Origin: an uncultured Desulfospira sp.
Lineage (GTDB): Bacteria > Desulfobacterota > Desulfobacteria > Desulfobacterales > Desulfobacteraceae
Assembly: GCA_963663165.1 (NCBI GenBank)
Contig: OY760175.1
Span: forward strand, 1,600,001 to 1,664,000
Direction: 5' to 3'
DNA length: 64,000 nucleotides
Position numbers and translations under genes: made by a program. Shown here in pieces: positions 20,311 to 30,329 of the stretch. Numbering within the stretch: the first letter of the stretch is position 1; each line of letters begins with the position of its first letter. The notes under the pieces are model-generated. The model did no database searches. It was not told the DNA's origin and saw only the letters and a list, made by a program, of their open reading frames with translations.

Positions 20311-23300
20311 TTATTCCCCCGCAAACAACCCCACCACATCCTGAACCGTCACATAAAGGGCCGGTACAAACACCAGGGTCAGCCCTGTGGCGGCAATGAG
20401 CCCGAAGCTGATGGACACGGCCATGGGAATTAAAAACTGGGCCTGAAAACTTTGTTCAAGCAGCAATGGAAACAGGCCGGCAATGGTGGTCACCGAGGTC
20501 AGCAGCACGGGTCTGAAACGGCTTCTTCCCGATTCCAGTACCGCCTCAACCCCATGAAGGCCCTGACGGACCCTGGCATTGGCAAAATCAATGAGGATCA
20601 ACGAATCATTAACCACGATGCCGGACAGGGCCACAATCCCGAAAATACTGATCATGGTGATGTCCAGCCCCATGATAAAATGGCCGGCCACGGCGCCCAC
20701 AAGGCCAAAGGGGATGGCCGTCATGATGATCACCGGCTGAATATAAGAGCGGAACTGGCTGGCCAGCAGCAAAAACATGACCATGGCGGCCAGCGCAAAC
20801 CCCTTGGCCAGGCTGTCAAGGGATTCCTGGGTCCGTTTGGCCTGGCCTTCAAGGTTAAAGGATACCCCGGGGGAATGTTTTTCAAGCCCCGGCAGAAACC
20901 CGGCTTTTAAAGAGGCCATGATGTTTCTGGCATTGGCCCTGTTCTCATCGATATCGGAGATTACGGTGATGACCCGGCTTCGGTCCACCCGCCGGATGGC
21001 GGAATAGCCCTGTTTTTCCTCTATGCGGGCCACCTGGCTTAAGGGGATCTGCCGGCCGTCCCGGGTCCTGATTCTCAAATTTTCAATGCTGGCCTCTGAT
21101 TGTCTTTCCTTTTCAGAGTACCGGACCGTGACCGTGACCTCGTCCTTTCCGCGCTGAAATTTTAAAACCTCATCCCCGTAGTAAGCCTGGCGGATCTGGG
21201 CGGCGATATCGGCCATGGTCACCCCAAGGGATTTGGCCCCTTCAAGGATATGAATCTGCTTTTCCATTTTTCCGGGCCTGAAATCATCGGTAATATCAAA
21301 GGTTCCGGGATAGGTGGCGATTTCGTCCTTCAGGGCGGATGCGGCGGCCTTGAGCTGGTCCAAGTCATCCCCTTCCAGGCGGATCTCTATGGGGTTTCCC
21401 CCGGGCCCCCCGCCAATGGTACTGAAGGTGAGCTGCTCGGTTCCAAGAATATCGCCGGTGAATTCACGCCATTTGGCCACCACCTCGGGCGCGGCAATAT
21501 CCGGCCGTTTGGACGACGGCAGGATTTCTATCCAGACCTCCCCGCAATGGGCCCCGTTGACGGAAGGTTTCCAGTCCCGTCTCGGGATGATGCCCACCTG
21601 GGAATAGGTGTTTGAAATCAAGGCCCGCCCCCCATTCACCCGGTCTTCAAAATGCCGGTTCAATTTGAAAGCGCCCTGCTCTATCTGCTTTACGGCGGTT
21701 TCCGTGGTGTCAAGGCTGGTGCCCTGGGGATAAATAATTTCAGCCACCAGCCAGTTGGAATCGGTTTTGGGGAAAAATACAAAAGGGACATGCCCCCCGG
21801 CCAGAAGGCCCAAGCAAACGATCAGGCAGGAAAACCCAATGGCCAGGGTCATATACCGGTTTTTAACACAATAAGTTAGAACCGGGGTATAAAGCCTGTC
21901 TATAACTTGATTCAAAAGGATTTCAATTCTCCCTCTAAGCCAGGAATGGGCAGCCCCGATATCCGCTTTGAGCCAGTCCAGCCAGAACAAACAGATTTTT
22001 CCCAGTATGGGCCTTCTGGTTTTGGCGGGAACAAGGGCATGCTCCAAATGGGCCGGCAGAATAAAAAAGGCCTCCACCAGGGATACGGCCAGGATAACCA
22101 CCACGGCCTGGGGCATGATGGCCAGAAATTTGCCCATGATCCCGGCAATGTACATCAATGGAACAAATGCCACAATGGTGGTGGCCACGGCCATGACCAC
22201 GGGGGAGCCGATCTCTTCCAATGCATCCATGACGGCTTTTTTGGCCGGTTTCCCCATTGAATAATGGGTGTACACATTTTCCCCCACGATAATGGCATCA
22301 TCCACCAAAATCCCCAGGGTCATGATAAAGCCGAACAACGACAGCATGTTAATGGAAGCCCCAAAGGCTTCCAGGACCAGGAAGGCCCCCATGAACGAGA
22401 CCGGAATCCCGGCGGCCACCCAGAAGGAAAGGCCTAAATTTAAAAAAAGGGCCAGCACAATAAACACCAGCAGAATGCCCTGGCGCCCGTTTTTAAGCAG
22501 CAGGTCAATCCGGTCCTGGACCATGTCAGCCATGTCAAACCAGTATCCGAGTTTCACCCCTTTGGGCATGCGGTCTTTGTGCTCGTTAATATAGGCAATA
22601 GCCTGGTTTGAAATGGCAATGGTGTCCTGGGCGTCGGTCCTTCTGATGACCACCATGGCCGCCGGCTTCCCGTTGAACCGGGCCTTGATGTCCGTATCTT
22701 CAAACCCGTCTGTCACATGGGCCACATCCCCTAACCGGAGAAGGGTCCCGTCCGCCTTGGCGATCAGAGGGATTTTTTCAAATTCTTCACCGGTATACCG
22801 CCGCCCCTTGGACCGGACCAGGAACTCACGGCCCCGGGTCTTGATCTTTCCGCCGGGCATTTCAAGGCTTCCGGTCTTCACGGCCTGAGCCACATCGTCA
22901 AAGGAAAGGGCATACTGCCGAAGGCTTTGCTCTGAGACCTCAACGCTGATTTCAAAATCCCTGACCCCGGACAGGGCTGCCAGGGAAATTTCCGGGGCCT
23001 TGACCAGATCGTCCCGGATTCCTTCGGCCGTATCCCGGAGCAGCCGTTCTGACACATCCCCGTATACGGCCACATAAATGGCCGGGTCATTGTTCTTGAT
23101 CTCAATGATCACCGGATCTTCAGCTTCCTCGGGAAACGAGTCGATCAAATCAATTTCAGTTCTGACCTCGTCAAGCTTGACATTGATATCGCATCCCGGG
23201 TTCAACTCCAGGGTTACAGAGCCCTGCCCCTCTATGGCCGTGGAATACATGGTTTTCACATCTTCCAGGCTCTTGAGCTGCTCTTCAATCCGGATGCAGA

Positions 23301-23490
23301 TGCCCTCTTCCACCTCTTCGGGGGTGGCCCCGGGATAAGATACACTGATATTGATCATGTCCAGATTGAACTGGGGGAACATCTCCCGCCTCATGTTCAT
23401 GGCCGTATACCAGCCGGCCACAATAATAAACACCATGACCAGGTTTACCGACACCCGGTGTTCAACGGACCATCTGCCTAAGGCCTTCAT
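20311..23490 (-). CDS. RND efflux transporter permease (AcrB/AcrD/AcrF family)
   Basis: 1059 aa; YPGATPEEVE, GILVDDAIIVGEN, RFRPVLLTS, two TM blocks. Confidence 0.93.
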   Translation of the reverse strand: MKALGRWSVEHRVSVNLVMVFIIVAGWYTAMNMRREMFPQFNLDMINISVSYPGATPEEVEEGICIRIEEQLKSLEDVKTMYSTAIEGQGSVTLELNPGCDINVKLDEVRTEIDLIDSFPEEAEDPVIIEIKNNDPAIYVAVYGDVSERLLRDTAEGIRDDLVKAPEISLAALSGVRDFEISVEVSEQSLRQYALSFDDVAQAVKTGSLEMPGGKIKTRGREFLVRSKGRRYTGEEFEKIPLIAKADGTLLRLGDVAHVTDGFEDTDIKARFNGKPAAMVVIRRTDAQDTIAISNQAIAYINEHKDRMPKGVKLGYWFDMADMVQDRIDLLLKNGRQGILLVFIVLALFLNLGLSFWVAAGIPVSFMGAFLVLEAFGASINMLSLFGFIMTLGILVDDAIIVGENVYTHYSMGKPAKKAVMDALEEIGSPVVMAVATTIVAFVPLMYIAGIMGKFLAIMPQAVVVILAVSLVEAFFILPAHLEHALVPAKTRRPILGKICLFWLDWLKADIGAAHSWLRGRIEILLNQVIDRLYTPVLTYCVKNRYMTLAIGFSCLIVCLGLLAGGHVPFVFFPKTDSNWLVAEIIYPQGTSLDTTETAVKQIEQGAFKLNRHFEDRVNGGRALISNTYSQVGIIPRRDWKPSVNGAHCGEVWIEILPSSKRPDIAAPEVVAKWREFTGDILGTEQLTFSTIGGGPGGNPIEIRLEGDDLDQLKAAASALKDEIATYPGTFDITDDFRPGKMEKQIHILEGAKSLGVTMADIAAQIRQAYYGDEVLKFQRGKDEVTVTVRYSEKERQSEASIENLRIRTRDGRQIPLSQVARIEEKQGYSAIRRVDRSRVITVISDIDENRANARNIMASLKAGFLPGLEKHSPGVSFNLEGQAKRTQESLDSLAKGFALAAMVMFLLLASQFRSYIQPVIIMTAIPFGLVGAVAGHFIMGLDITMISIFGIVALSGIVVNDSLILIDFANARVRQGLHGVEAVLESGRSRFRPVLLTSVTTIAGLFPLLLEQSFQAQFLIPMAVSISFGLIAATGLTLVFVPALYVTVQDVVGLFAGE

Positions 23491-24794
23491 CCGGCCTCCC
23501 TTTCGCCTTTTACGGTAAGGGCCATCCCGTCCAAAGCCCCGGGCAGGGGCGAGGAGATGATCAGGTCCCCGTCCTCAAGGCCCCGGGTAATATAAACCCG
23601 GTCCTCAAACTTTCTTAAGACGGTCACTTTCCTGATTTCAAGCCGGTTTTCACGGACCAGAAAAAGGGTATCCCCGGGCTTTAAAAGATCTCTTGGCAGC
23701 ACAAAGATATGGTCATAGGTTAACCCCCTGGTCCGGCATTCCACAAAACTGCCGGGTTTTAACCCTAAAAACGGTCCGCCGCTTTCCTGATCCGGCTTAA
23801 GGGCAAGGATCTCCAGGGTCATGGGCAGGGTTCGGGTCTTTTCGTCAATCTGGGCTTTAATCCGGGCCACCCGGGCCGTGTAGACCGGGCCGTCCATGTT
23901 GGCCATGCTCACCTGGGCCATGGGAAGCTTTCCATCACTTAACCCTTCTTGTATCCATTGAATCTCTTCTAAGGGGATGGCCACATCCACTTCCAAGAGC
24001 CCTTTTTCGTAAATCGCGCCCAGAAGCTGTCCCGGGCTGACCAGTTCCCCGGCCTCCACGGATTTTTCAAGAACAAACCCGTCAAAGGGCGCATAAACCT
24101 TGGTTTTCTCAAAGGCCAGATCCGCCTTTTTAAAATCGGTCTCGGCCATGGCCAGGGCGGCTTTTTGCTGGGCCATCAAAGGGTCCTGAAGGGCCAGATT
24201 GTTTTCCACGGCCTGAAGCTGGATCCGGGCGGCCAGATACTGCTGCCGGGCCTTGTCCAGGCTGGTTTTTGAGGCAAATTCATTTTGGGTTAAGGCCTTG
24301 ATCCGGTCCAGCTCCTTTTGGGCCAACTCCGTGTTGGTTCTGGCCAGCACGATATCTTTTTTTAAATTTTCAATATCCTGAGCCTGGCGGTTAATCTGGG
24401 CCTGAATCTGTAAAATTTTTATCCGTGCCGCCTCCCGGTCCAGATAATAGGTGCGCTGGTCAATGCCTGCCAGGCAATCCCCTTTGGCGATAACTCCGCC
24501 GGCCACAAAGCCGGGGTTTAAATATTCAAGCCGGCCCGATACTTCAGTGCAGATCCGGACCCGGTTTTGGGGCTTAACGGTGCCAAAGGCCGACACCTCC
24601 ATGGTCTTTTGTACGGCCGCCGCCTTGACCGCCCGGACTGCCGGCGCGGCCTTTACCAGATCAATTTTTTCCGGCGGTTTTTTGCTTTTGAACAATACAA
24701 ACGCCACAACAACCGCCGCCCCGATGATCAGCCCCACCCGCAGCAACCTGAAAAAAAAGCCGCGAATCATTTTGGACCCAGATAATTTTTCCAT
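23487..24794 (-). CDS. RND efflux periplasmic adaptor (MFP)
   Basis: N-terminal TM, EVSG, long coiled coil, APFDG, V..G..V.PGQ; coupled to the RND permease. Confidence 0.9.
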   Translation of the reverse strand: MEKLSGSKMIRGFFFRLLRVGLIIGAAVVVAFVLFKSKKPPEKIDLVKAAPAVRAVKAAAVQKTMEVSAFGTVKPQNRVRICTEVSGRLEYLNPGFVAGGVIAKGDCLAGIDQRTYYLDREAARIKILQIQAQINRQAQDIENLKKDIVLARTNTELAQKELDRIKALTQNEFASKTSLDKARQQYLAARIQLQAVENNLALQDPLMAQQKAALAMAETDFKKADLAFEKTKVYAPFDGFVLEKSVEAGELVSPGQLLGAIYEKGLLEVDVAIPLEEIQWIQEGLSDGKLPMAQVSMANMDGPVYTARVARIKAQIDEKTRTLPMTLEILALKPDQESGGPFLGLKPGSFVECRTRGLTYDHIFVLPRDLLKPGDTLFLVRENRLEIRKVTVLRKFEDRVYITRGLEDGDLIISSPLPGALDGMALTVKGEREAG

Positions 24795-24847
24795 GGTACG
24801 ATCCTTAAACCAAATAATAAATTTTAAGCAGATGGGTGACTTTTAAT

Positions 24848-26986
24848 TCAAACACCTGACAACTCAGCAACCCGGTAGTTCGGCCGGTCAAACACCTCAA
24901 CCCGTTTCTGGTAAAGGGCCTGCTCCCGGATCCGCCGGGACTTGACCCTGGCCTGTTGAACATCTTCCATGGGGATGTTGTTTTTCTGGTACCACTGGTC
25001 CGGGTCCTGCAAAAATCCCACCAGCTCAATAACCGCTTCCCTGGCGCTGGCACAGGATTTGACCAGCCGGGGGGTAAAGGCCGGCCCGTATTTTTTCAAG
25101 GCGATTTCCCTGATCTGTTTGCGGGCGTTTTCCCACAAATTGTCCGGGTCCAGGAGGATGACCGGGGCTAGGGGGCTTTCGTGAAGTTTTAAGGAGGTAA
25201 TGGTAATGAACAGTTCTTCACAGCTGCCGTAACCGCCGGTATTGACAATGGGGATGTTGCTCAGTTTCTGGATATGGTCCTGCCGGGCCAGGCGCAGGCC
25301 TTCGGTATATTTGATCAGGCCGTCGCAAGTGGTCAGGGACGCCTGATGTTCGCCTTCAAGGGCAATGGCAATGCCCACACTCATGATATTGTGCTGCCGG
25401 GCCAGGTCATTGGCCTCTTTCATCAGCCCGGGGCCGCCGCCGTGGACAATGCCCATCTCGTAACCAAGCCTTACGGCCAGCCGGTTGATCAGGTCGATGG
25501 TCAGCCGGTTGTCTGCCTCATTGGTATGGGAACCGTAAAAGGCGAACCAGTAACGGACCCGGTCAAACCGGTCCCGGTCGTCGGGCTCCATAAAGCAGCC
25601 GTGGTAAAAGGAGTAAAGTTTGTCGGTATTTGAATCATACCGTAAAAATTCACAGCCGATATCCCCGGACCAGTGGTCGGAATGGGTCAGTTTGATCATA
25701 TTTTTGATGATATCATCCTCAAACACAGGGTTATCGGCGTTGGCCAGAAAGGTTCTCAGCCCGCTGCGCTTCAAGGCGTCAATCACCTCTGGGGCCGGGA
25801 ACTTGCGGCTGATAAACACCCGGGAGTTGACCCCGCCGAGAACCGAAAGTTTTTCCAGGGTCCGGACAAATTCCCCGTTCTCCTTTTGGCCGGACTGCCC
25901 GGCCCGGGTCTTCCGAAAGGTGGAGGCCAAAATCGCGTTTTTGATAATTTCAAGCTGGGCTTCGCCCTCAGGGTTCAAGGCCTGGGGAACGGGGATAAAA
26001 TTGCCCTTGTTTAAAATCAGGCCAAGGTTTTCGGGTTCAATGGAGGAAAACAGGTTGGCCACCTCGGCATTGGTCAAAAGATCGCACAGCCGGTATCCCT
26101 CTTTGACCTTGAGCTTTTCCAAGGGAACGGTCAAGGGATTGGCCGCCCTGAAAAACCGGATCCTTATCCGGATCTGGCTTAAGGCCACCGGGGTTTTCCC
26201 AAAATGAAACAACTCCACCTGCCGGTCCCTGAAGGTTCTGAAGGGATCGAGAACCCGGGCCGGCAGATGCTCTATGTTGTCTTCATCAGGCTCCACCACG
26301 GAATCAATGATCCCGTAAATATCCCCCAGAGATATTTTAATGGCCCCGATAAACAACTGTCCCGGATTGAGCCATTCATGGTCCGGATCCAGGGCCACCC
26401 TGGACCGGATGGTATTTAATGTACTTCGCCCCTTTTTCATGACCGCAGAAATAGTGGAAGCATTCAGGGCATGGGGTTCAAAGGCATACTGGTAAGGTTC
26501 TAACGCCACACGGATGTAATCACAGGTTTTTCCGGTAAACGGGTCGGTCTCCTGGCAGATGTCAAAGCCTTCGTAATATCCTTTGCCCGCCCGTTTCCCC
26601 ACAAAAAGGCGCTTGTGAAGATAATGCCGGACATCGGCTATCCTTAACGCAGGATCTGCTGTCACGATCCGGCCGACCTCATCGCCGGGCTTAAAAAACT
26701 CCAGGGCATTGGAAAGCACCGGGTTCAGATTCTCCAATCCCCCTTCAAAATAGACATTGGCCCCGTCCATCACCGGATCAGGAAGGGTTTGGTCCCGGAC
26801 AATTTTAATCCCCATCTGGGCATTCCCGCTTCTGCCTGAAATAAAAAAGGGTTTGCCTTCGCCCATGGCCCCCCGGATATAATCGGAAACACTGGGGAAA
26901 CAGAACACCCCCGAGATCCGCTCATCGGTTCTTTCCTGAATTTTTTCTATATAGCCGTCCGTACTGATAATCCGGGGTATTTCCAT
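24848..26986 (-). CDS. LOG-family protein with long N-terminal extension
   Basis: C-terminal AFYGS, HGGGPGLMKEAN, TGGYGSCEE (PGGxGTxxE-like); ~470 aa unrecognised N-terminal region. Confidence 0.75.
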   Translation of the reverse strand: MEIPRIISTDGYIEKIQERTDERISGVFCFPSVSDYIRGAMGEGKPFFISGRSGNAQMGIKIVRDQTLPDPVMDGANVYFEGGLENLNPVLSNALEFFKPGDEVGRIVTADPALRIADVRHYLHKRLFVGKRAGKGYYEGFDICQETDPFTGKTCDYIRVALEPYQYAFEPHALNASTISAVMKKGRSTLNTIRSRVALDPDHEWLNPGQLFIGAIKISLGDIYGIIDSVVEPDEDNIEHLPARVLDPFRTFRDRQVELFHFGKTPVALSQIRIRIRFFRAANPLTVPLEKLKVKEGYRLCDLLTNAEVANLFSSIEPENLGLILNKGNFIPVPQALNPEGEAQLEIIKNAILASTFRKTRAGQSGQKENGEFVRTLEKLSVLGGVNSRVFISRKFPAPEVIDALKRSGLRTFLANADNPVFEDDIIKNMIKLTHSDHWSGDIGCEFLRYDSNTDKLYSFYHGCFMEPDDRDRFDRVRYWFAFYGSHTNEADNRLTIDLINRLAVRLGYEMGIVHGGGPGLMKEANDLARQHNIMSVGIAIALEGEHQASLTTCDGLIKYTEGLRLARQDHIQKLSNIPIVNTGGYGSCEELFITITSLKLHESPLAPVILLDPDNLWENARKQIREIALKKYGPAFTPRLVKSCASAREAVIELVGFLQDPDQWYQKNNIPMEDVQQARVKSRRIREQALYQKRVEVFDRPNYRVAELSGV

Positions 26987-27139
26987 GAATTTGCCTTTAT
27001 TTTCGGAACGTAATGGATCGGTTCATGACCATATCACGCAGTCATAAACCGATTGCCTGCCAAAATCAAGGTTCGGACAAATTTTAAACAGTTTTAAAAT
27101 CTTTGCCGGCAACATGTGGGGATCAGGTGTATCAATAAA

Positions 27140-27200
27140 AGGGACTTGGGATATGGGACTTGGGGATTGCAGCGTCCGTGGCCTCCCCAAGTCCCAAGCC
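27140..27200. repeat. (GGGACTT)n heptamer inverted arrays
   Basis: gggacttgggatatgggacttgggg...ccccaagtcccaag. Confidence 0.7.
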
Positions 27201-27284
27201 GGCAGTTAGCATGGCCCCGTTTGATTTACCCCTCACAAACAACATGTTATATGGACAATGGTGGGCAACGCTTTAAAAAAACTT

Positions 27285-27370
27285 ACGCAACGGCGCAACG
27301 GCGCAACGGCGCAAAGCTTAACTTCCCTTGGGCAATAGTATTCTTTGCGCCTTAGCGCCTTTGCGTGAGA
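27285..27370. repeat. (CGGCGCAA)n octamer array with inverted partner
   Basis: acgcaacggcgcaacggcgcaacggcgcaaag ... ctttgcgccttagcgcctttgcgt. Confidence 0.65.
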
Positions 27371-27510
27371 ATATAAAAAAAGAGGGCGAAGCCCTCAATT
27401 TTAGGATGAAAGAGCAAGGAGAAAAGCATTCCATACATTGAGAACCTCTTGCTACCCCATATCCCAAGTCCCAATTTTATACATTATAGAATTTAACTTC
27501 TAACCTAAAG

Positions 27511-27540
27511 AAAAAGCCGGTAAAATAAATTACCGGCTTT
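27511..27540 (-). terminator. intrinsic terminator after porin gene
   Basis: aaagccggtaa/ttaccggcttt stem with T-tract on the minus strand. Confidence 0.65.
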
Positions 27541-27564
27541 AATTCAACTGTTCAGACAGACGTT

Positions 27565-28698
27565 TTAGAATTCAAAGGTCAGCTGTAAGGTGTAGGTATC
27601 AATTTCTTCTGCATCATCATAATCTTCTGCGTTTCTGTATTCAGCGGCAACGGACAGGTTATCGGTCAGGCCAACCCCTACGGAAAACAGATATACTTCT
27701 TCAGGCAAAAGCCCCTCGGCATCATCACTGGCCTGGTATCCAATAGCCAGGGTAGTCTCAAATCCGGACAGATCAAAAGTATATCCGGCTTCAAGGGCGT
27801 ATGCGGAGGCTTCATCCCAAGTCGCATTGGGATAGTTACTGAACTCTACTTCATCCGTCAGGGCCACATATTCACCAATAACGCAGATAGGGCCAAAAGT
27901 TACCATGGCATGAATAGCCCACCCAGGAACCTGGTCATCTAATTCAGCCGCAGCTAAGCCCAGATCTGCCAATTCATCATTAGCGTCGTCGAATGCACCT
28001 TTAAGGCCGCCGGATTCCAGGATATTGTTGATCCAGTCCAGTCCGATATCAAATGAGAAATCATCGGTTTCCATGGTATATCCAACAGAGACGCCATAAA
28101 CATCAATGGATTCGTCATCATCATCTTCCATTTCACCGTTGAAAAGATAGGCAGCGGCCCTGAAACCGTTAATCTCAATGCCGACCTGAATGGCTTCATC
28201 CCTGACTTCACCAAGATCCTGGGTGATGGGATCAGAAATCATCATGGTTTCATAAGCGCCAAAGGGCACATAAATTCTACCGGCCATCAGGTAGTAGGGG
28301 ATATCATCGGTAGCACCCAGGGTGATGTGGGCTTCATCAAGGGTGATTTTGTCATCTTCATCATCCCAGCTGAGCAGCATATAGCCGGTTACCCAGTCCT
28401 GGGGTTTGGCTTCAATGCCCAGTTCCCCTGTGGCCAGGCTGATATCATCATTGTCTTCATCATCGTCGACGTCATAATCTTCTGAAGTAACCGCCACCTC
28501 AATGGTTCCGGTAAGGGTGACCCATTCTGAAATCTGGCCGATGGCTGATCCGCCGGCAGAACCGCCTGTGTTTCTCTCCAGTTTTTCGATCCGCTGTTCA
28601 AGTTCGGCATTGGAAGCGCAGAAGCCGGGAAGGGCTCCGATAAGAACCGCCACAAGGGCAGCAACAAGAATAAGTACTGCATTTTTCTGTTTCATCAT
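27565..28698 (-). CDS. LbtU-like outer-membrane siderophore/metal porin
   Basis: Signal peptide, short coiled coil, acidic beta-barrel, AGRIYVPFG.YET.MISDP.TQDLGE motif, C-terminal Phe (QLTFEF). Confidence 0.8.
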   Translation of the reverse strand: MMKQKNAVLILVAALVAVLIGALPGFCASNAELEQRIEKLERNTGGSAGGSAIGQISEWVTLTGTIEVAVTSEDYDVDDDEDNDDISLATGELGIEAKPQDWVTGYMLLSWDDEDDKITLDEAHITLGATDDIPYYLMAGRIYVPFGAYETMMISDPITQDLGEVRDEAIQVGIEINGFRAAAYLFNGEMEDDDDESIDVYGVSVGYTMETDDFSFDIGLDWINNILESGGLKGAFDDANDELADLGLAAAELDDQVPGWAIHAMVTFGPICVIGEYVALTDEVEFSNYPNATWDEASAYALEAGYTFDLSGFETTLAIGYQASDDAEGLLPEEVYLFSVGVGLTDNLSVAAEYRNAEDYDDAEEIDTYTLQLTFEF

Positions 28699-28825
28699 TT
28701 TCTCCTTTTAAGAAAATATGGGTTAAAAAAAAATAATATAAAATTGATTTCAAGCCGCTTAAAGTTTAGGGCTTTGCGGTCCTGAAATTAAACAAACAGT
28801 CAAAATTCATAAAAAATCAGACTGT

Positions 28826-29680
28826 TTATTGTCTGGCTTTTCGTTCATTGTCAATCTGGAACGTCAGCGTGGCTGTCAGTTTCAACTCCCTGTACATGTC
28901 CTTTTCAGATTCCGGGGCATCCGACGCAACGGAATACCGGATAAACCAGCGCCCGGGATGGGGAATGGGAATAGACAGCCGTTCCCCTTTCACCGTTGTC
29001 TTGGGATAAAACATATCCTCTGCAAGGGTGGAATACCCCATGTAGGTCGCGTCCCAGGCTCCTTCCCCTTTAAAAGGAATGCCGTCGCACAACACCTCAA
29101 GTTCAAGATCTTTCCCAGGGGTTAAACCAAACGGGTCATTTACGGGTACCAGCTCCAGGGCAAGCCCCGCCGGTTTAAAGGAACCGGCCGAAGGCGCCTC
29201 ACAAGCCACATAAGCTTTGGCATACTGTTTGGCGTAAATGGCCCTGTGAATTTCAGCGGCCTTATCCATGACGGCTTCCATGGGTTTAACGGTGTGCCGT
29301 TCTCTGCCCTGCTGGTCGGTAAATACAGTATAGTATCCCGGCGTGGTCACCGCGGCCAGGATCCAGGTTCCCGGGACATCATAGGTCACCATATGGGACT
29401 GGAGACCGGTATCTTCCCGGCTTTGGATCTCGGTGCTTTCGCCTTTTGGATTGATCACCCGGATTGATTTGAGCTTATTGCCCCGGACCCCGTCATCCAC
29501 GGGGACCCGATGGCCGTAACAAAAAAACAGGGGCGCTGATTTCCCGGAATCCACCGTATACCGGCTGGACTGGATAAACAGGGTATGGGCCGGACATGCC
29601 ACTGCCCACATCAGAATCACCCCCGCAGCCAGTGCCGGAATAAATATCTTTGAAGAAATGAATGGGGCAACGGGTTTCAT
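28826..29680 (-). CDS. DUF4198-family periplasmic metal-binding protein
   Basis: Signal peptide ending ..PA-H, YGH..P.DD, YAKAY, GLALELVP..DP, ATLTF. Confidence 0.75.
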   Translation of the reverse strand: MKPVAPFISSKIFIPALAAGVILMWAVACPAHTLFIQSSRYTVDSGKSAPLFFCYGHRVPVDDGVRGNKLKSIRVINPKGESTEIQSREDTGLQSHMVTYDVPGTWILAAVTTPGYYTVFTDQQGRERHTVKPMEAVMDKAAEIHRAIYAKQYAKAYVACEAPSAGSFKPAGLALELVPVNDPFGLTPGKDLELEVLCDGIPFKGEGAWDATYMGYSTLAEDMFYPKTTVKGERLSIPIPHPGRWFIRYSVASDAPESEKDMYRELKLTATLTFQIDNERKARQ

Positions 29681-29889
29681 GATGGTTTCTTTCTTTTGTC
29701 CACTGGTGTCCGGTCAATGGGAAACGGACTGTTTTGGCCCCCGGCCGGGGGACAGGTTCCCTGGCACCCGCCGCAGCCGTTGCAGCCGGGTTTTTCAGGG
29801 TCGGCCATGGACTTGATATGCCGGTACAAATACCAGACAGCGGCGGCCACAGCCAGAATGGGAATCCCCGCATTAAGCAGCATTTCCAT
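29677..29889 (-). CDS. FeoB-associated Cys-rich membrane protein family
   Basis: Single TM followed by GCNGCGGCQGTC; GGAGG RBS; ATGA overlap with the next gene. Confidence 0.75.
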   Translation of the reverse strand: MEMLLNAGIPILAVAAAVWYLYRHIKSMADPEKPGCNGCGGCQGTCPPAGGQNSPFPIDRTPVDKRKKPS

Positions 29890-30112
29890 GGTTAACCTCC
29901 TCCGTCCGCCAGGGCAATGGCATGTGGCTCAATTGCCGCCAATACAATTTTTTGTTGAACGTGTTGATCAGGTGGGTCTTGCCGGTGCCGTGCCTGCACA
30001 CCAAGGCGTGAATTTTTTCAGACGGGGCCCAAAAATTCAAATCTGCACAATTAATGGTCCGCTTCCCGTATCCATAGATCAGGCGGGAAACCTTAAATAC
30101 CTTATCCGACAA
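29873..30112 (-). pseudogene. short remnant resembling an ABC-ATPase N-terminus
   Basis: VFKVSRLIYGYG...IHALVCRHGTGKTHL resembles beta-strands plus Walker A; only 79 aa, no signature or Walker B. Confidence 0.4.
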
Positions 30113-30174
30113 TCTTAAATACTCATATCAAGTTAACGTCATAACCGGTCCATACAGGAAGAACGGTTTAAATA

Positions 30175-30221
30175 AAAGGCGCCGGATCCCTACATCAAAG
30201 TTTGGCCAAAGATCCGGCGCC
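30175..30221 (-). terminator. intrinsic terminator-like hairpin
   Basis: ggcgccggatc/gatccggcgcc stem followed by TTTT on the minus strand. Confidence 0.5.
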
Positions 30222-30329
30222 ATGCGCACCACCTTTTGCCCACTGGGACAAAAAGTGAAAAAAATGTCACAAAAAAATTACAAAATATGCCACATTCTGT
30301 CCCAGCACCAGGCCAAGATACAAGAATGT

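Noticed and set aside
27500..27508. Exact DtxR half-site CTAACCTAA
   Set aside because: Second half absent; lies just past a terminator, ~500 bp from the next start.
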